Source: Planctomycetota bacterium (GTDB lineage: Bacteria > Planctomycetota > UBA1135 > UBA2386). Taken from it: DNA of 64,000 nt. Shown here one piece after another: positions 59,037-64,000 of this stretch. The stretch is from assembly GCA_036376355.1 (NCBI GenBank), contig DASVAL010000028.1, positions 19,402 to 83,401 of the forward strand, given 5' to 3'. Under the pieces are notes generated by a model, which worked only from the letters and a program-made list of their open reading frames with translations, ran no database searches and was not told the origin of the DNA. The position numbers were made by a program, and so were the translations under genes. Numbering within the stretch: the stretch's first letter is position 1; each line of letters starts with the position of its first letter.

Positions 59037-59137
59037 AGTGGGCATTTTGCACGACAAATTGCCCACGGTCTATGCAGCACCGCTTCCCGCGACGACGAGC
59101 AATGCCGCGGCGCGGCGCGCCGGCGCTGGGGCCGGAG

Positions 59138-59719
59138 CTACTTGGCGAACAGCTGGCAGGGGGCGGTCAGCGTGTGCTTGCCCCACGCGATCGTGAAGGT
59201 GCCCTTGCCGCCGTCTTCCGCCTTGGTGTCGAACGACATCGTCAGGTTGGCGGCGCTCTCCTTGGCGCCGTCCTTGGTGAACGTCAGCGGCGCCAGCACG
59301 TCCGGCTTGAAGTCGGCGCCCGGGAACACCTTCTCCTTCATCGCCTTCGTCGAGTCGAGCAGCGCGAGCCCGAACTTGCCGTCCTTGTCGCAGTGCAGCG
59401 CGCAGATGTAGGAGCCGGCCGCGATCTTCGCGCCGCCGATGTCCAGTTCACTGAACGTGATCAGCGTCGTGAACCCGTCCTTGCCGAGCCGGTTCATCTT
59501 GCCCTTCAGCGAGTCGAGCATGCCGGTGTAGTTGTCCTTCCACTGCGGCTGTCCATAGGTGACCGACACCATGCTGAAGGCGCTGCGGTCTTCGGCCATG
59601 ACCAGGAGGCGGGCTTCGCCGCGCTGGCTCGAGGCGGCCATGCCGTTGATCTTCTGAGCGGCAGCGGGAACGGTGAGGCAGAGCGCCGCGAACGCGGCAA
59701 CGAACAGAGGGAGTCGCAT
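59138..59719 (-). CDS. Secreted hypothetical protein (~190 aa; possibly DUF2911-like)
   Basis: Signal peptide MRLPLFVAAFAALCLTVPAAAQ. Lys/Gly-rich beta-rich sequence. The family assignment is tentative. Confidence 0.45.
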   Translation of the reverse strand: MRLPLFVAAFAALCLTVPAAAQKINGMAASSQRGEARLLVMAEDRSAFSMVSVTYGQPQWKDNYTGMLDSLKGKMNRLGKDGFTTLITFSELDIGGAKIAAGSYICALHCDKDGKFGLALLDSTKAMKEKVFPGADFKPDVLAPLTFTKDGAKESAANLTMSFDTKAEDGGKGTFTIAWGKHTLTAPCQLFAK

Positions 59720-59880
59720 GATGTTCTCTCGGATCGGGGGAAATCGTGTCGGCGCGAACGCGCCGCGCGCCGGCCGCGTGGCCGAGCGGGGGGAACACGC
59801 TACGGATCGGGCCGTGGCGCGCAACTCCCGCGACCCGCACGCGGGTAAACTGCCGCGCCTTGCCGTCCCCGGAGTCGTCG

Positions 59881-62160
59881 ATGCCGTTCGCTCGCGTGCT
59901 GTCGTTCGCAGCCGTCACCACCCTGCTCACCGCACAGTCGCCGGAGCCGGCACCCGAAGCCGGCGATCCGCTTGCCGTGCTCGCGGCGCTGCCGCAGCAG
60001 GAGGCGCCGGCGCGCGGCGTGCGCGTCGTCGTGCGCGACGAGAAGGGCGAACCCGCCGCCGGCGCCTCGTTGGTGTTCGTCGCATCCAGCGAGCCGCGCT
60101 TCGCCGACAGCCTCGCCGCGGCCAACAAGCGTTTTCCCGCCGACGAACCGAGCTACTGGGCCATGCGCGTCGCGAGCGGCGCACGCTACGCGATCGACGA
60201 CCGCGGCGTGGCGCGTGTACCGGCGACGGGCGGCCGCGTGCTGGCATGGCGCGACGGCGTGATCGCGACGAAGTCGTTCGCGGTCGAAGACGGCAGGCCG
60301 CTGCCGCGCGTCGAGCTCGACCTGAAACCGCCGCTCTCGTTCACGGCCGTCGTGGTCGACGCGAAAGGCAAGCCGATCGCCGGTGTGCTGCTGGGGATCG
60401 TCTCCGCTGCGCGTGGCAGTGCCTTCCCGAAGGTGACGACGGGCGCGCAGGGTGACGTCGCGTTCCGCCTGCTGCCGACGCGCACAGCCGACGCCCGCGT
60501 CCGCCTGTTGGCCGCGACCCAGGAACGCGTCGAGGTGCCGTTGCCGCCCGACGGCGGCAACGTGCAGTTGCAACTGCCGGACTGCGGCAGCGTGCGCGTC
60601 ACGTTCGCCGGCGAGCTCGTGCCCGGCACGGCGATCACGTGGAACCTCGCGCGCAACAACCGCTTCTTCGAGCCGACGGCCAAGGAAGACCGTGCGGCGG
60701 CGTTCGGTTTCGTCGAGGCAGGCTTCGAAGGCACTGCGCGTGCGACCGTCAATGGCGAGACGATCGAAGCTCCGGTTCCGGCGGTGACCGCCGGCGCCGA
60801 GACGCTGGTCGCGCTCGCGCGAGCCAGCGGGCAACGCGCTCTTGCGCTGCGTGTGCTCGATCCCGCCGGAGCACCGATGCGCTCGGCGCGGGTCAGCGTC
60901 ACCTGGCGCTACGACCAGGGCTCGTCTGGCTCCCACGCGGTGACCACCAACGAGGGCTGGCTCGACCTCACCGCCCCGCAGCACCTGTCCGGCGAGCTGA
61001 AGCTCGACCTCGACGTGCGCGGGCGCAGTTGGGACGACGCCGTCGTCGGCCGCATCCAACTGGTGCTCGGCAAGGAAGAGACCGGCCGCGTCGATCGCGG
61101 CGAGCAGCGCGTGGCGCCGGTGCCGGTGGCGCTCGCCGGCGTTCTCGTCGACGCCGCGGGCAAGCCGATCTCCGGCGTGACGCTGCAGGCGCCGCAACTC
61201 GGCTACGCGCGCGCGAAGTCCGGCGCCGACGGCCGCTTCGCGCTCACGATCGCCGGCGACAAGCCCGCGTCGCTCGACCTGGAGATCGCGTCGCCGGCGT
61301 GGTTCTTCACCGGCCCGAGCCGCAAACGCACCGTCGACACCAGCAGCGACGCGCGCTTCGTGCTGCAGCCCGCCGGGCGCATGCGCTTCCTGGCGCCCGG
61401 CTTGCCGGGCGAGTTCCAGTGCGACTTCGACCTGCGCCTCGAGCCCGCGAGCGGTGACGGCGAGGCGATCGAGCTCGACCGGCGGCTGCACGGCAGGGAA
61501 CTGCTGCTGCCCGCGGGTCACTGGCACTTCGTCGTGCTCGAGAACGGGCAGGAACTGCACCGCGTCGAGAACGTGCACGTCGACGCCGGCATCGAAGTGC
61601 ACGACGCGCGCTTCATGCAGTTCGATTGGCAGGCGTTCGCAGCCCTGGTCACGATCCGCGTCGAGGACAAGGACGGCAAGCCGTTCGACGCGTGCACCGT
61701 GTGGCACCAGTACGGCGGCCGCGGCAGCGGCAGCGGACCCACCGACGGTGTGATCCGGTGGCTCGTGCGCAAAGAGGGCGGCACGATGCGCGTCGAAGCG
61801 CATGACAAGTCGTACGCGACCGTGCAGCTCGGCAGGATCACCGGCGAGCACGTCGTGCGCCTCGGTGCCGGCCCGCGACTCGAAGCACGGCTCGCGGCGA
61901 TACCGCGCCTGCCGCAGGGTGGTGTGCTCGTCGCGTTCGTCACTGATCAAGGCGCAGGCGTCCCGTTCGACCAGCACGGCAAGCTCACCCTCTGGCTCGC
62001 AGAACCGGGCGGACATCGCCTGCGCTTCGGGTTGCGCCTCGGCACCACGACCTACGTGCTCGACGTCGCGACGCAAGCGTTCGAGGTCCCCGCGGGTGGC
62101 CACACGCTGCAGCTCGACCTGCCGGCAGGCCTGCAGGCCGCGATCGACAACGTGAAGTGA
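59881..62160 (+). CDS. Large secreted protein with carboxypeptidase-regulatory-like (transthyretin-fold) repeats, hypothetical
   Basis: Signal peptide MPFARVLSFAAVTTLLTAQS. Repeats VVDAKGKPIAGVLLGIV...TTGAQGDVAFRLLP and VLVDAAGKPISGVTLQAP...KSGADGRFALTI have the CarboxypepD_reg pattern. Confidence 0.5.
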   Translation: MPFARVLSFAAVTTLLTAQSPEPAPEAGDPLAVLAALPQQEAPARGVRVVVRDEKGEPAAGASLVFVASSEPRFADSLAAANKRFPADEPSYWAMRVASGARYAIDDRGVARVPATGGRVLAWRDGVIATKSFAVEDGRPLPRVELDLKPPLSFTAVVVDAKGKPIAGVLLGIVSAARGSAFPKVTTGAQGDVAFRLLPTRTADARVRLLAATQERVEVPLPPDGGNVQLQLPDCGSVRVTFAGELVPGTAITWNLARNNRFFEPTAKEDRAAAFGFVEAGFEGTARATVNGETIEAPVPAVTAGAETLVALARASGQRALALRVLDPAGAPMRSARVSVTWRYDQGSSGSHAVTTNEGWLDLTAPQHLSGELKLDLDVRGRSWDDAVVGRIQLVLGKEETGRVDRGEQRVAPVPVALAGVLVDAAGKPISGVTLQAPQLGYARAKSGADGRFALTIAGDKPASLDLEIASPAWFFTGPSRKRTVDTSSDARFVLQPAGRMRFLAPGLPGEFQCDFDLRLEPASGDGEAIELDRRLHGRELLLPAGHWHFVVLENGQELHRVENVHVDAGIEVHDARFMQFDWQAFAALVTIRVEDKDGKPFDACTVWHQYGGRGSGSGPTDGVIRWLVRKEGGTMRVEAHDKSYATVQLGRITGEHVVRLGAGPRLEARLAAIPRLPQGGVLVAFVTDQGAGVPFDQHGKLTLWLAEPGGHRLRFGLRLGTTTYVLDVATQAFEVPAGGHTLQLDLPAGLQAAIDNVK

Positions 62161-62191
62161 CGCCGCCGCCGTGTTCGTGAGCGGGCTCGCG

Positions 62192-63520
62192 TCAACGGGG
62201 CGCGATCTCGAGCACCAGCTCGTCGCCGTCGCGCTGCACGCGGACCGGCAGCACGCGGCGCTCGTCGACGGCGACGAGGTCCTGGTCCGCCGGCAGGCCC
62301 TCGACCGTGAACGAACCGCCATCGCCCACGGTCGCGCGCCAGAGCGGATTCCTCGGCCACTCCCGCAGCGCGATCTGCAACCGCCGCCCCGGCGCCATCC
62401 CGTCCCAGGTCCCGCGCGCGGGCAGCGAGTCCTGCAGCGGCAGCGTTGCGAGCTGCTGCGTCGCACCGAGCCTGACGTGCTGCCGCGCGAAGGCGCGCGT
62501 GACGCCGCCGGCGTCCACGAGCGAAGCGACGAGCAGCTTCTCGCCTGCGAGCGACGACACGGTCCTGGTCGCGCCCTCGGCCGTGGCCCACCGCTGCCAG
62601 ATCGACCTGCCGGAGGGCGGATCGATCACGTGCAGCTCGATCCAGCCGGCGCCACTCGAAGGACCGGTCACGTGCAGGGTCAGCTCACAGCTCAGCACGT
62701 AGTCGAGCGTCAGCTCGAGGAAGGCGCCCGCGACGAGATGCTGCGGTTCCGATCGCGGCTCGAGGAAGTACTGCATGCCGCCGACGCGGATGTCGAGCGG
62801 CGTACGTCCCTCGACCGCGACGAAGATGCCGGCTGCGGGCACGCCGTGCACCGCGACATCGACGCCGACCGGCACGTCCACGCGCCTGAGCAGCGTCTCA
62901 CCGCCGACCGGGAACTGCACCGCGTTCCGCCTCGGGCCCGATCCGATCACCAAGCCGATTGGTCCGCGGAGCCCTGCGTCGGCGAGCTCCTGGGGCGAGA
63001 ACACCCTGCCGCCGGGAAGCAGACGCGGCTCGATGCGCAGGCGCGCGGGCCGCGACGGCTCCGGAGCGAGGGCACCGAGATCCAGGTCCTGGCCCGGTGC
63101 GAGCTCGACTTCGCGGACCACGACTTCGAGGCGCGGTCCTCCAGCGCGCCAGGCGGCGCCGAGCCAATGCACGCCGGGCGGCAACCGCGGCACCGTGAAC
63201 GTGTAGCCGTCCGCCGCCTCGAGCGGGCGCTGGAATCCGTCGGTCGCCCACGACCCGGAACCCGGCTCGACGTCGGCGGGAACGACGAAGCGGCCGCGCA
63301 AGCGGCAATCGGCCGCGTCTTCGTCGGGCGGCGGAACGGCAACGCGATCGGTCCGCTCGATGCGCTCGTCGACATGCGCATCCGGCGGTGGAGCGGGCGC
63401 ATCGTCGCGAACCGCGGCTTCGAGTGCCGTGGGCGCATCCTCCACTGCAGGCCACAGCAGCGCAGTCGCGGCGGCTGCAGCGGCCAGCATCACGAACAGG
63501 ATCGACGTGCGCGCCGACAT
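62192..63520 (-). CDS. Hypothetical secreted/membrane-anchored protein
   Basis: N-terminal hydrophobic segment MSARTSILFVMLAAAAAATALLWPA is the only feature. No recognisable domain. Start chosen at the signal-like Met; the ORF extends to 63658. Confidence 0.35.
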   Translation of the reverse strand: MSARTSILFVMLAAAAAATALLWPAVEDAPTALEAAVRDDAPAPPPDAHVDERIERTDRVAVPPPDEDAADCRLRGRFVVPADVEPGSGSWATDGFQRPLEAADGYTFTVPRLPPGVHWLGAAWRAGGPRLEVVVREVELAPGQDLDLGALAPEPSRPARLRIEPRLLPGGRVFSPQELADAGLRGPIGLVIGSGPRRNAVQFPVGGETLLRRVDVPVGVDVAVHGVPAAGIFVAVEGRTPLDIRVGGMQYFLEPRSEPQHLVAGAFLELTLDYVLSCELTLHVTGPSSGAGWIELHVIDPPSGRSIWQRWATAEGATRTVSSLAGEKLLVASLVDAGGVTRAFARQHVRLGATQQLATLPLQDSLPARGTWDGMAPGRRLQIALREWPRNPLWRATVGDGGSFTVEGLPADQDLVAVDERRVLPVRVQRDGDELVLEIAPR

Positions 63521-63548
63521 TCCGGTAGCGTAGCTTGCGAGGTCGAAG

Positions 63549-63803
63549 ATGAAGACGATGCACCTGCCGTTGCTCCTGTTCGCATCCGCCTGTGCCTTGC
63601 CGCGCGCGCTGCACGAGAGGCAGTGGATCGACCTGACGCACACGTTCGACGGCAGCACGATCTACTGGCCGACCGCGGGCGGGTTCGAGTTGACGCGCGA
63701 CAGCAAGGGCATGACCCCGGGCGGCTACTGGTACGAGGCGAACACGTTCCGCACCGCCGAGCACGGCGGCACGCATCTCGACGCGCCCGTGCCTGCCCTC
63801 TGA
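63549..63803 (+). pseudogene. Cyclase-family (kynurenine formamidase-like) gene fragment, N-terminal 84 codons only
   Basis: Signal peptide, then HTFDGSTIYWPTAGGF...EHGGTHLDAPVPAL. A stop interrupts the DAPxHF motif region. No continuation in any frame. Confidence 0.45.
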
Positions 63804-63847
63804 ACTGTCACTGCGATCCGGCAGCGGGGCCGTTACCATCGCGCGCC

Positions 63848-64000
63848 ATGTCGGTCCTCAACCCCACGCCGCCGGAGCTGCTGGTCGATCCGCAGGGGCG
63901 TCCCTATTTCCTGTGGGACATGGACTCGACCCTGGAGCAATTCGTCCAGATGCTGCGCACGACCGATCGAGACGTGAGGGCGTATCTCGTGGGCAAGCTG
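63848..64000 (+). CDS. Hypothetical protein, 5' partial (runs off window end)
   Basis: ATG 63848, open to the window end (MSVLNPTPPELLVDPQGRPYFLWDMDSTLEQFVQMLRTTDRDVRAYLVGKL). No domain recognised. Confidence 0.3.
   Translation, partial: MSVLNPTPPELLVDPQGRPYFLWDMDSTLEQFVQMLRTTDRDVRAYLVGKL

Overview
This is a high-GC (~70%) bacterial chromosomal segment. I cannot name the organism from sequence alone. The first ~27 kb is one large exopolysaccharide (EPS) biosynthesis and export locus: Wza-like exporter, Wzc-like co-polymerase with a degenerate kinase domain, two tandem paralogous beta-helix lipoproteins, a CE4 deacetylase, GT2/GT4/GT26 glycosyltransferases, FemAB-like and CelD/BioF2-like GNAT proteins, Wzx flippase, a Wzy/O-antigen-ligase-like protein, an AsnB-type amidotransferase and a priming sugar-1-phosphate transferase. 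An IS701-family element interrupts it at 19.2-20.7 kb. Several gene junctions in the locus are ATGA start/stop overlaps. Its gene content resembles exosortase-A/PEP-CTERM-type EPS loci, but I see no exosortase or PEP-CTERM protein in this window. The remainder carries: an AlkA-like glycosylase/AraC/di-iron protein module; two SPFH (band-7) modules, one decaying, next to a defective tRNA-like sequence; a very large Ser/Thr kinase-TPR protein; RsgA; two paralogous secreted proteins with tandem NIDO-like (nidogen-like) domains that flank a SagB-type dehydrogenase, a GNAT and a sigma54-promoter-driven PAS histidine kinase/NtrC-family pair; a tripartite RND efflux pump; a DUF4143 AAA ATPase; and several secreted hypothetical proteins. 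All coordinates come from the supplied ORF track plus manual start refinement. No database searches were run; family calls rest on motifs I recognise.
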